DNA of 64,000 bases from Octopus bimaculoides (taxonomy: Eukaryota), in contig NC_068985.1 of NCBI RefSeq assembly GCF_001194135.2, forward strand, positions 16,158,473 to 16,222,472. The letters are read 5' to 3'. Positions 1 to 11,768 of the stretch are shown piece after piece. Below the pieces are notes generated by a model that was given only the letters and a program-made list of their open reading frames with translations, was not told the DNA's origin and did no database searches. The position numbers and the translations under genes were made by a program. Position 1 is the stretch's first letter; every line of letters starts with the position of its first letter.

Positions 1-95
1 CTTGCACGTTAATTTCATGAGCAGACTGTTCCGTTGATCGGATCAACTGGAACCCTCGACGTCATAAGCGACGGAGTGCCGACAACAATAACAAC
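1..95 (+). mobile_element. SINE family A, 3' end
   Basis: Matches 3233-3319. Confidence 0.85.
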
Positions 96-693
96 AAAAC
101 CTATTACTAGTAACAATCTGTTACTATTCGATAATCCTATAGATGCACGTGATACCATAAATGGAGTTATCTCACTTCCTTTTTGTTTTTAGATTTTAAA
201 AATGTAAGATTTCTTCACTGAAGACGGAGGAAGTTGATTCCATCGTCGGATGAGACGAGTCCCCCGTCTTCAGAGAAGAAATTTTATATTTGAGATGTTG
301 ACAGAAGGGTGATTAAAGATGGATTCCAACAATGAAATCAATTACAATCCTTATTTTGGACCACTGGGCCCCTAGAAACAGCTGTTGGATTTGTAACACT
401 TTTCTTCAACCCCTTAATTCTTGATATCATTTCCATCTGTGTATCACGTGATACCATTACTTCCTTTTTGTTTTTAGCTTTTAAAAATGCTGTATGAAGC
501 GCGGTTGACGTGGGAGCAGAGACGGAAATTTTTCTACGAATTATCTGGATACTCTCTGCCAATCGAAGTTTCTGTTTTTCAACTTACTTATACTACATAT
601 GTGAGACCCTTCCATATTTGTAATTCATATGCAGAACATTCCCATGGAGTATTTTCCCTCGGCTGTATTGTTAGTATTTAAATCAACATAACT

Positions 694-785
<92 letters not shown>
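694..785. repeat. (CT)n microsatellite
   Basis: About 45 uninterrupted CT units. Confidence 0.98.
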
Positions 786-789
<4 letters not shown>

Positions 790-1435
790 CGTTCATGCGT
801 TTAAGAATAAAATGATTGGGTATTTTAAGGTATTATATGCCTCTCGCTTTCGCACCATATCTATTCTTAACACGAGTACATTATGTAACTTGGCATCTAA
901 CTTTACGCAACCTCGTATCTTCATAAAGCCCTACTTTTTCAAGTAATACACTTTAAAATATTTTTAGGTGATATGCCAACAAATATTTTATCGATACATG
1001 ACAATTTCATTAAAGGATAGAGAGACAGAGAGTGAGAGAGAGGGAATAGGAGAGAGAGAGAGAAAGGGAGTTGAACACGAAGAATATACAGACAGTGGGT
1101 GTGTGTAGATAAAGAAAGGTAGCTTATCAGATAACCAGAACATTTTGGTTATACAGTGTTAAAACATTGGTGCAACCATGATGTTCTGATAATTTGATGA
1201 GCTAGCTGACAGACAGATAGACAGACAGACAGGCATGCTTAGGGTTTTCATAAAAAGAAATCAACCAACTAACTCGCACATTACAAATACAATCAGTAAG
1301 TGGAACAGTAAAAGTCTGCAAGTCTTTCCTCAAGTTTTGTGTTTGTAATTTACATTCCAACGATGGAGCTTTGAATCTTTCATAGAGACCAGGTCCTTCC
1401 TCAAAGGAAGAATTCAAATAATTAAAACCCGAAGA

Positions 1436-1548
1436 GAACACACACACATACACACACGCACACTCACGCACACGCACACACATACAGAGACATACACACA
1501 CACATTTGAATACCTACAATTTAACATAGTATTAAGTTTGTTGCTTTA

Positions 1549-1580
<32 letters not shown>

Positions 1581-1683
1581 TTGTGTGATGATTCTGTGTC
1601 TGTATAAGTTATTGGTGAGGACGTGTATGTGCGCGCGTGTGTGAGCGAGCATGTGTGCTGTGTATGTGTACGTATGTATGTGA

Positions 1684-1718
<35 letters not shown>

Positions 1719-1728
1719 NNNNNNNNNN

Positions 1729-1776
<48 letters not shown>

Positions 1777-1805
1777 CGTGTGTGTGTGTGTGTGTACGTG
1801 TGTGT
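1436..1805. repeat. Compound (CA)n/(GT)n microsatellite field
   Basis: (CA)-rich 1436-1503 and (GT)-rich 1550-1805 with a 10-N gap. Confidence 0.95.
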
Positions 1806-2936
1806 GTTCATGTATACAATTTAATTTACCTTCCCTTTACATTAAAATATATTTGAGCATTTAAGTTATGCGAATAGAGCGAGAAAAAAAGATAGAAAAA
1901 TGCAAGACACGCGACTCCAGACACGGAGAAATGACTGAGTATTGTAGGAATTGTTTAGACTGTTTTTATTAATATATCTAACAGCTATGAATGTAGGTCA
2001 TCGTATTAGTGTCAACATCTGCTTACCTTAATCATTGAAAATTTTACCTGTGTTATTTATTAACCAACGTGTTTGTACGTCAACCAGTTTTCAATCGCTC
2101 GCTTTACGAAATTGTATCAGATTGACATATCATGTTCAGCTTATTTGCGCCAGTTTTCCCAGGTAAGAAGACTAATTTGTCATTTAACTGATCAAAAATG
2201 TATTAGTATCGTATTTGTATTTATTAGTATTTTATTAGTATTTTATAATGAATGGTAAATCTTTCTTGCTTTTTACTACGTAAACTGCGTCATTGGAACT
2301 GACATATTGACATGTTTTCCCCAAAAGAAGACGAAATAACAGAGAGAGAGAGAAAAAACTATTGTTCTTCCAAAAAAATTGTTGCTGCATTTTAATGATT
2401 CTGTTTCTCGCATTCCTATTCCTTAAGTTTGTTATTAAACTCGTATTGGCTTGAACAATCGAATTTAATGGAACCTGTATGATTTAATCGTGTAAGTTAG
2501 ATATTTTTTCAGAAGAAAAGTTTATCTGCTGAACTACCTTTTCCTATTATTTTAATTTATTATATCTACACAAATCCTAGAATCTATAGAAGCGAGAATA
2601 TTGGACGTAGTAAGATTCGAGTGATTGCAAAAGGTTTTCATTTGTAGAAATTAAATTAAACAGCTTCATCTGGATTTCAAAATATGGTCAAAAACTTAAC
2701 TCAACAATAGATAAATTTCTACTTGGGAATGATTTGCAGAACTTCTAATATTGCTTTGGAACTTAGTCAAAAGACCATAAATTTCGGGGGAGGATTCAGT
2801 CGATAAAATCGATAGCGCTTCTTATTTTATTGAGCTCGAAATGATAAAAAGCTAAGTTTAACCCTTGCTGGATTCGATCTCTGGGCGTGAACGGATGCAA
2901 TTTTGGTTTCTTAAATAGATGCATAAAAGATGGAAA

Positions 2937-3319
2937 GGAGACGCAATGGCCCAGTGGTTAGGGTAGCGAACTCGCGTTCATAGGATCGCGGTTTCGATTC
3001 CCAGACCGGGCGTTGTGAGTGTTTATTGTGCGAAAACACCTAAAGCTCCACGAGGCTCCGGCAGGGGATGGTGTCGAACCCTGCTGTACTCTTTCACCAC
3101 AACTTTCTCTCACTCTTACTTCCTGTTTCTGTTGTGCCTGTAATTCAAAGGGTCAGCCTTGTCACACTGTGTCACGCTGAATATCCCCGAGAACTATATT
3201 AAGGGTACACGTGTCTGTGGAGTGCTCAGCCACTTGCACGTTAATTTCACGAGCAGGCTGTTTCGTTGATCGGATCAACTGGAACCCTCGACGTCGTAAG
3301 CGACGGAGTGCCAACAACA
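2937..3319 (+). mobile_element. SINE family A, full length (tRNA-derived head, (CAA)n tail)
   Basis: A-box tggcccagtggttagg, B-box ggtttcgattccc; near-identical copies at 1-95, 7424-7765 and 14961-15329. Confidence 0.9.
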
Positions 3320-3854
3320 TATATACATAAAAGATGGAATATAATCGATTGAATTCATTCTAGTTTTTATCAGCGTTTGTTGTAATAATTTCAGTGAAAC
3401 GATCGTTAAAGAGAACCTCGGCATAATTAGGATACATAATCAGGAAAGACTCGACTGAACGAGGTCAATTGGGAGCTCTCCTATTAATTCTTTCTTTATA
3501 TTGTTATGAACTTGGTCAGGAGCTCTGAACCTTTTCCGGTTCATTTATCCTCTGGTAATATTTTACGAAAAGGCTGCGAACTGGCAAAATCGTTAGCACG
3601 TCGGACTAAATAAAATGCTTAGCAGTATTTCTTCTAGCTCTTTATGTTCTGAGTTCAAATCTGAAATCAGCTTTGTTTTTTTCATCGAGATCGATAAAAT
3701 AAAATACCAGTTAAGTACTGTAGTTTATGTAATCAACTTTCAAACCCCCGACTCTCCGCAAAATTAGTGGCCTTGAACCTTGCAACAGAACGGTGTCCCG
3801 TTCGCGAAATGTTTTTTCTCACGAGAGTCCCGGACCCCAGTAATGAAATCATTT

Positions 3855-5168
3855 GGGATCTGTTCAGTTTGGCTCACAGATTTTTTAATTAATTTTTTTT
3901 TTAACTAAACAGTTTGAAACTTCGTACACTGGTGTAATTTCTCACGCAGAACATGGTTTACTTTGAATATTTTCGACAAAATTTCGTATTTTAGAAGTTA
4001 TTTCGTGTTAAAGTTGTCGTAGTTAGGTAACTTTAACCAATCAACGTGTATCCAGTTGAAGAAAGCTACTGCTGTTTACGATGGTAATCGAAGAGAAACA
4101 GCTTCTGGGTCATCTCTACTAAATGTCACCACTGTGTTCTATTATATTTTTTGTTTACTGCCTGTGTTGCATATTACACGCTTTTTTTTTCTTTTTTTTT
4201 TTTTTGGTTCTCGCGTCGGAGTAACCTGTAAACATCGAAGAATCAACACCAAGAAGGAAGAAATATTATTTACATATATTTATTCGTTTTACCCAACGTA
4301 GTTATTTAAGCCGCAGGACCGAATTTGGGGAAAAATTTTGGTTTTACCTACACATAAAGCGCACCGGTGTTTAAAAGACCTATAGAGCTACGGGTCTGCA
4401 GCTAGCTTTTTTTTTGTTGTTGATGGGTTTGTAGTTTCAAAATGCTTTATTTTACAACTATGAGATATATTGTTATTGTTGTGATTTTATCTTATAATTA
4501 ACAACAAACACATTTCGTCAAGATAAAAGTCTTTATTAGATTAGAAATAACATTATCAAAACATGAAGGCAAAACAAAACAAATATGCTTTGTTTTCATC
4601 CAAGCACCAATGTACTGAAGCCGTAGTCTTTCGCGTTGTTCACCAACTGACCTTTCCTCTGAAAAAATCAGTGGAATTAGTCGATCTCCATACACAAATT
4701 ATTTTCCTCCTCAAACTTATAAAAAAGTATACATATTAGGTACACCTTTCTAAAGCCGCACAGCGGCTTATACACCGGGAAATACTGAAATTGTAGTGGC
4801 AGTGACAAATTCACTCGTTGGTTGGTAGTTGAGAGTGTAGAAGTGGCTGTCTGCCAGTAGAGAAGAAAAGAGTAAGGAATGCACGACAACAGAGTGATGA
4901 TATTTAGTAGAGACGACCCGGAAATTGTTCCTCTTCGATTACTATTGCAAACAGGAGTAGCTTTTTTCAATTGAATACACGTTGTTGATTGGCTAAAATT
5001 ACCCAAATACGACATCTTTAACACGAAATAACTTTTTAAATACGAAATTTTGTCCAAAATGTTCACAGTAAACCGTGTTCTGCGTGAGTAATTACACCAG
5101 TATACGAAGTTGCAAACTGTTTAGTTTAAACATTTTTTTTAATTTGTGAGTGAAATTGAACAGATCCC
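3855..5168. repeat. Inverted pair of ~290-bp repeats (3855-4145 and 4888-5168)
   Basis: gggatctgttca...ctactaaat on + is mirrored on -; roughly 80% identical by eye; pogo-like taagccgc/ccgggaaatactg remnants lie between. Confidence 0.75.
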
Positions 5169-5178
5169 TCATAGATCT

Positions 5179-5215
5179 ATTTGCATACAGCCAATCAGGG
5201 CTCACCTTGACCTTG
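5179..5215 (+). promoter_or_regulatory. Motif cluster: octamer ATTTGCAT, CCAAT box, NR5A/ERR-type TGACCTTG
   Basis: ATTTGCAT 5179-5186, CCAAT 5191-5195, TGACCTTG 5208-5215, all within 40 bp of unique sequence. Confidence 0.3.
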
Positions 5216-6199
5216 TTGTCAAGCTAACAAATACACTCTACCAAGTAAACTCAAGACGAAGAACGGTGTTGTAAGTCGACCGATCACCAAGTTAAGCCTG
5301 ATTTTAGGAGCCAAGTAATTAGATAGATTTGCATCTATACTTCTTATCGGATTTTGCAAAGGCCCCATATGGTAAAGATGTGGATGTGGAAAATGTGGGT
5401 AGAGGGTGATATGCTAGCAACTCGCTCTCCTTACTGCTTTACAAAGTAGAAAACAACACAAATAATTACGCAGAGGCCGCCATGGTTGTAACAAGATCAA
5501 GAACAACAAGCATTATCAAAAGAGAAAAGAAGCATGGTCATTCCTTACCCAAGTGACCTTATCTTATCTCCCACCACTTGTTATGCGCTCGAGTTCTGAC
5601 TGACATAAGANNNNNNNNNNTATCTCCCACCACTTGTTATGCGCTCGAGTTCTGACTGACATAAGAAAAAATTTCGCGTCCCGTTCAGAGGGAATGTTGT
5701 GAACTCAGTAATGTTTACGCCATGGAAACCGGGTAACTGGTCTGATTTACTCCTACTCTGGAGTTTAAACTTCCACCATAATAAAACAATTAACACGGTT
5801 GGGGGTGGATAAATTACCGTTTTAAACATTATTATTTAAAGTTCAAATAACAATAGCAATTTTAAAAAATAGCACTAATAATGTTATTTTAATTATTTAT
5901 GAAGTAATAAATGACTTGATACCAGAATCAAACAAAATCTTCTGAATAAGACAACTACATTGGCAACACGGTAATTAAGAAACAGAATCCAAGTCGTTGA
6001 ACACTAAGCGATAGAAAGAAGAGAAAACAAGTACTTTTTACTTTTATAAAATAAACACACGTCAAATTTTCTCTTCAACTTCAGATTTTTAAAACTATGA
6101 TTGAAAAATATGTACAAACCCGGAATTAGTAAAATTATTTCTTGGGTCGGCGAAATTTATCCCACAGGATACATACATACATACATACATACATACATA

Positions 6200-6353
6200 C
6201 AGGGCCGGCTCAAGGTAGTGGCAACTCGGGGCGCCATGTGCTAGGGGGCGCCAAGGAAGGCGTGACAAAGACAAGGAAATTTCCAAGACCGTCAGCTTTT
6301 ACACGCCGACGTTCAGCTTGTCCGAGGCGCCAGCAACAGTAGGGCCGGCCCTG
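6200..6353. mobile_element. hAT-type MITE
   Basis: TIRs CAGGGCCGGC/GCCGGCCCTG; 8-bp flanks catacata / aatacata (7/8 match). Confidence 0.75.
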
Positions 6354-6604
6354 AATACATACATGCATATATACACACATCCATTCATACAAACCGACCT
6401 GAAGATCGACTTTGGGGTCGATAAATTAAGTACCAGTTACGCACTGGGGTCGATGTAATCGACTTAATCCCTTTGTCTGTCCTTATTTGTCCCTCTATGT
6501 TTAGCCCCTTGTGGGCAGTAAAGAAATAAGGAATTATCTACAACAGGAATGTCCCTGTGGTGCGTTTGTTATAAGACAAACGAACGAAACTTAAGATCGT
6601 TAAA

Positions 6605-6689
6605 ATGACTGGAGCATCAGAAAGATTGCTGTTCTTGTTGTTGGTACTTTGCCATAGCACAAAGTTGATCTACTGAATAAGATATGAAG
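6605..6689 (+). pseudogene. Signal-peptide-like first exon candidate with an in-frame TGA
   Basis: aaaATG...MTGASERLLFLLLVLCHSTKLIY*IRYE-G|gtgaga. Phase-1 end is compatible with the TM exon acceptor at 18958. TGA at 6674-6676. Confidence 0.3.
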
Positions 6690-7423
6690 GTGAGAAGGAA
6701 GAAGACAACATGCCGTAGACATGGAAAGTCTGTTTCTATTTTTAGCATAATAACAAGATCAATCAAAAGTTGAGGTGTGTCTTACTGTATGTAGAGAAAT
6801 AAATATTGATAGAAGTGAGCGTGTATTCATAGCGTCATATCTGTATATTGTGTCATTAAATATGTAGCATTAAAAGCATGAAACCAAATGAAAATTAAAT
6901 AAAAACTAAAAATCAAATTTACAGGAAAATGAATGTTCAGTTCATGAATTGTTAAAAAAAATGAACAAGGCTTTTTTTTATGTATTAGCAACAGTCAGTA
7001 AAGCTTGAACAAGAAGTGAGATGCGTGTATGTTTGTGTGAGTGTGTTGCAACGTTAGACTGCAAATCAAATCGTTCGCATTGTGTAAATATAAATGACCG
7101 CGGTAGCGATGTAGCTGGTCAAAGTGTTTTGCCAATGAGCTAGTCTATGTACAATGAAGGAAATACTGAGATGTTTCGCGATCGAAAAGTAAGATTTCTG
7201 AGGAGAAGAGTCGGACGATATGGTAGCATACTTGCTGTGTTCGAGTAGACGACAGCAAGGGACACTCTGACACAAAGTATGCCAAACTGAGTTGCAAACA
7301 GAGACCGCTGTTGTACAGGTTGTAATAGAATTGAACAGGAATTGCAAGTGAAATACCGTAAATCTTCGAGTATAATCCGCATTTTTTTACCAAAATTTGA
7401 AGGTCAAAATCCCCAGTGTGTAC

Positions 7424-7765
7424 TGTTGTGTTGTTGTTGGTACTCCGTCGCTTACGACATCGAGGGTTCCAGTTGATCCGATCAACGGAACAGCCTGCTC
7501 GTGAAATTAACGTGCAAGTGGCTGACCACTCCACAGACACGTGTACCCTTAACGTAGTTCTCGGGGATATTCAGCGTGATCCAGTGTGACAAGGCTGACC
7601 CTTTGAATTACAGGCACAACAGAAACAGGAAGCAAGAGTGAGAGAAAGTTGTGGTGCTTTAGGTGCTTTCGCTCAATAAACACTCACAACGCCCGGTCTG
7701 AGAATCGAAACCGCGATCCTATGACCGCGAGTCCGCTGCCCTAACCACTGGGCCATTGCGCCTCC
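7424..7765 (-). mobile_element. SINE family A
   Basis: Reverse complement of 2937-3319 with an internal deletion. Confidence 0.9.
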
Positions 7766-8009
7766 ACATAGTGTGTACTATATACGAGGTTAAAAATGAA
7801 AAATATTTTCTAAGCAATGTCCGAGTCTCTATTTCCTGTCCGGCAATGTTCATTCAGACGCATTTTCTGATGTCGGGCGCGAAAATGCCTTAAGCTATGT
7901 TTATTTTTCACTGACGTTATTAATGTTATTTCTTTATTTTCTGCAAAGTGCACAAAAAAAGCTAGACGTTTGTATTATGTTATAAATACAATAATAATAA
8001 AGGGCGTTA

Positions 8010-8172
8010 CCGTATATACGTTAACAAACGAAGGACGTTATATCGACCTCCTTGACTCAAGTTAGAGAAGGGGTGCGTATTATACACAAGGTTTAGGTTT
8101 TTCAGAGGTACAGCCCCCGAAAAATCCCCTGCGTATTATACTCAAGGGCGGACCATACTCGAGGATTTACGG
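8010..8172. mobile_element. Tc2/pogo-like MITE
   Basis: TA|CCGTA...TACGG|TA termini with internal gtattatac repeats. Confidence 0.55.
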
Positions 8173-9134
8173 TAGTTGGCATGATGTAAATCTCAAGTAG
8201 CTGTGTTCAGCATAGTATGCCAATTCAACAGCAACGTTGTTGGAAAGCAAAATGCTTACTGGAGATGGAGACACAATATGGCGATTTGTATCTATCCATC
8301 GAAGACGAATTTCGAGTTATTTTGTTTTAAACTACGCAGATATATATATATACATATATATGCTTACGACGGGTTTCTTTCAGTTTCCGTCTACCAAATC
8401 CAGTCACAAGGCTTTGGTCGGCCCGAGGCTACAGTAGAAGACACTTGCCCAAGGTCCCAATCAGTCGGACTGAACCCGGAACCATACGATTGGGAAGCGA
8501 GCTTCTTACCACACAGCTACGCCTGCGCCTAATTTTTTTGTGGAAACTGACAAAAATTTTCTAGTGGTTCAGCAAAAATGAGTCAGTTAGGCGAAAAGAT
8601 TCATTTGAAGTAAATATCCAGTCGTTGTGTCGACAATGTTATAACAAATATTTTCAAAGGTCAGAGGGCACTGGTCTTGGGTTATTTTTATTGTTTTGTT
8701 CATGCTGGGCATCCATACTTCACCAGTTCGGTCCGTAACCAGCGAGTTAATGAGTGATGTGTATGTTCTCTCATCGCAGTATCCACCCATGGCAGTGTCC
8801 ATCTTAAATTTGACGAGTGTAAGAAATTAACTTTAGACGAGAATCGGATTCATGCCTTTCTTTTGTTAAAATGATCGTCATTAAATTATATTATAGATCT
8901 GAAGCTGTACACAGCAAGGAGTGTCTGGATTCTCAGCGAATTTAAAGTTTTTAAAATCCACACTAATGCTTAAATTACAGTAAAACAAAGAAGCTGTGGT
9001 TTTCTGTATCTTTTTTTTTTCTTTGTAAATTGTAAAGTGTTAAATAGCTTGCTTACCAACCACATGGTTCCGGGTTCAGTCCCACTGCGTGACACTTGCC
9101 CAAGGTGTAGAAGGACACCTACCATGGTAAGATC

Positions 9135-9420
9135 ACTGTTCTTTCATGTGATTAGCTGATTAACCGACCAATCAGCATCAAACCATCACGTAACCTTCTA
9201 ATGAGGACGTGTCCAATCCAGTTCCACCATTCACTTGTTATTTCGCTATTGATCCTGTTGATGTCCGATGTCATCTCAACTGTGTCATTTCGGATTCTCT
9301 GCAGCCACTTGATGTCAAGTGTTCTCCTCAAACATGAGAATCGGCAGCTGTCCATTGTTTTTTTCTTCCGCTTTTGTCACTTCATAGTTTTCATATTCGG
9401 AGAATAATACTGGCTCGTTT
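9135..9420 (-). mobile_element. RTE-clade LINE fragment
   Basis: CLRRTLDIKWLQRIRND...WWNWIGHVL matches the RTE C-terminal CLRRILxIxWxxxVxN...WxWxGHVLR pattern. Confidence 0.75.
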
Positions 9421-11724
9421 TGCGGCCTATGCCTTTGGATTAACAAAATTAGTGTAGTAGCGAACAAAATGTCATGGGGATACAGTTATATCTTTATACG
9501 TTGGATTTTGAACTCTACCAAGAACTGTTTTGCTTTTATCCTTTCGAAATAAAAGCATCAGTAATGCTGCGTCAATATTACTTACTACATTGTCTTAGTC
9601 GCTTAACCTCTAATGCAGTTGTAGGAGCACCGTCGTGAAATGTGGTGTGCGCTGGACCTAGTACAGTCCATTCCTCTCCAAATCTAACCACAACTGATTT
9701 CTTCTAGACATAGGCAGAGAAAACTCTACATCAGCACAAGACTAGTACTTTATTTATCAACTTCGAAAGCATGAAAGGCCAATTGACCTTGCGGCATTTA
9801 AACGTAGAGAATAGAGACCTGGAACAAATACCGCAATGCAATCTATCCGACACTCTAACAACTAAGTCAAATCACCGCTTTATTGTAAATTATATGCCCC
9901 CACCCTCACCCAAAATACATAGCCTTAGGTACAAGGAAGAAATCAATAAATATACTAAAATAAAGTTAATTAATGATATAATAAACTTTGCAATAATATG
10001 AACCTCGCACTAAGAAGACAGAAAAATCAATATTGTTTATTAGGATTTGAAATAAATGCACACGTCAGCGGTGTGTAACAGCTGGGCGAGTCGAAAGATA
10101 GTCGAACTGACGATTCGGAAATATATAAGTTCATCCTAACATCGGCAATAAGTTGTAAACATGACGAAAACAATTATCACATATCCCGGCACACAAAACG
10201 CACTTTTTCCCTGAAAAAAAAACTCACTGAGTTAACCTGCATCTTATCAAAGGGTCAGTTTGATGAGAGGAGTTTGACAATCCTCACTAGAATCCAATCT
10301 TATGATATGTTACCATTCATATATAATAAATATATCCCACTATTATGTTTACTGCATTCATTGGTATTGTAATGTATTAATAGCGACAAGTGATATGTTT
10401 GCAATGGTTTACCGAGACGTGTTATGTTTTGTTTGCTTTATGGTGCATCGACAATGATACTGCCATACAAAGAATTTGAAGACAAGTAGAAACATCTCTG
10501 AAGTAGACGTCATTCGTTAGCACTCAGTTTAGTTATTTAACTGACAAACCACACTACGGTACTACACAATGGTAACTAAGCAGAGAAGTCCGTCATGTAC
10601 ATTTAGTTAAAAGCTAGAAGTTGTTGATTTATGTAAAAAGAACACAGCAACCGATCAGCTAAGTGAGATTATTGACTATCACTTAGTGAAAGAACGATTC
10701 GTGAACGAAATATACTTTCCACTTTGTTGACTCACAACAATCATATCTCCTTTATATCACTATCTACTGCCTTTAAGAATAAATAGGAAGAAAAAATATA
10801 GTCTCTAACGGGATATTCACGTCCAGGTTGTCTATGATAACAGGTCTGATTGATCAGTGCTGACCTGAAGTTTAACAACTACAACTGTCAATACAGAACG
10901 TGTCGTAAACATTTAAATGATTTTTTTTTTTAATGACCTCATGAATTATGACGCTTTTATTATTGACGGCTGTACATGCAAGCTAGCTGAGTAAAGCAAG
11001 AATGACATTACTGCTTTCTGAGTGCTTCCCCCACCCTTCCTTTTATAACTACTGGAAATAGTCACCAGAATGTGAGACAATATTCTTGGTTTTCATACCT
11101 ACTGTATCCTTCCTAACAGTAACTTACAGTAATAGTTAAGGACTGATATAGCCAATGCCATTTAAAAAATCCTAATTACTTGAAATGTTCATTTTAGCTG
11201 AAGAAAGAAGACGAAATTTCAATGGCAGTTGTTAGAAAAGAAAAATGGAAATAATTCGAAGAAATTAAGAATCTTTTACAGTAACTTGCATACTTAGGGA
11301 CTGTTTGATTTATGTTTGTATACCAGGAACAACTGTGGACATGTTCCGGTGTATCACTCTTCAACAGCACTGTACGGCCTTACTGTTTCGTTTTCCTGTC
11401 GTGTTTTCTGTTCGCCACTATATTCCTCCGCATTACAAATTTCATTTAATTTGTTTCCGCGGAAAGAGCCATTCTAACAATGCGTCTCTGCCCTAACTCT
11501 TCGAAACACTTAGTTTAGTATGGTGGCAGCTGATGAAGGAAATGTTCTCTACGTGGCCTGTGTGTTTTCTGTGCTCTGTTTATGTTCTGTTTTTCATTTT
11601 GTCCACGTTTTTTTTTTGTGACGTCCTGTACCCAAATATGCATCTATATATACATGTAGATGTAAGTATGTACATACATGTACGTATATATGCATATACT
11701 CACATATTATTTGTATTACATACA

Positions 11725-11768
<44 letters not shown>

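Noticed and set aside
1202-1864. ORFs rich in HT/CV/YI dipeptides here and at ~11.5, 20.5, 26, 32.9, 42.4-42.9, 55, 56.7, 59.2 and 60.2 kb
   Set aside because: They are translations of (CA)n, (GT)n and (TA)n microsatellites, which contain no stops in some frames.
2937-3010. tRNA-like A/B-box sequences
   Set aside because: They are heads of multi-copy SINEs continuing into SINE bodies; no complete cloverleaf with an acceptor stem.
5565-5666. 46-bp direct repeat flanking a 10-N gap
   Set aside because: Identical sequence on both sides of a minimal gap is the signature of an unmerged contig overlap.
6674-6676. TGA read as selenocysteine
   Set aside because: It lies within a signal-peptide-like region, and I could not identify a SECIS downstream of the candidate gene.
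10106-10132. CTGACGA-TTCG-GAAA hammerhead-like string
   Set aside because: No stem II and no compatible stem I.
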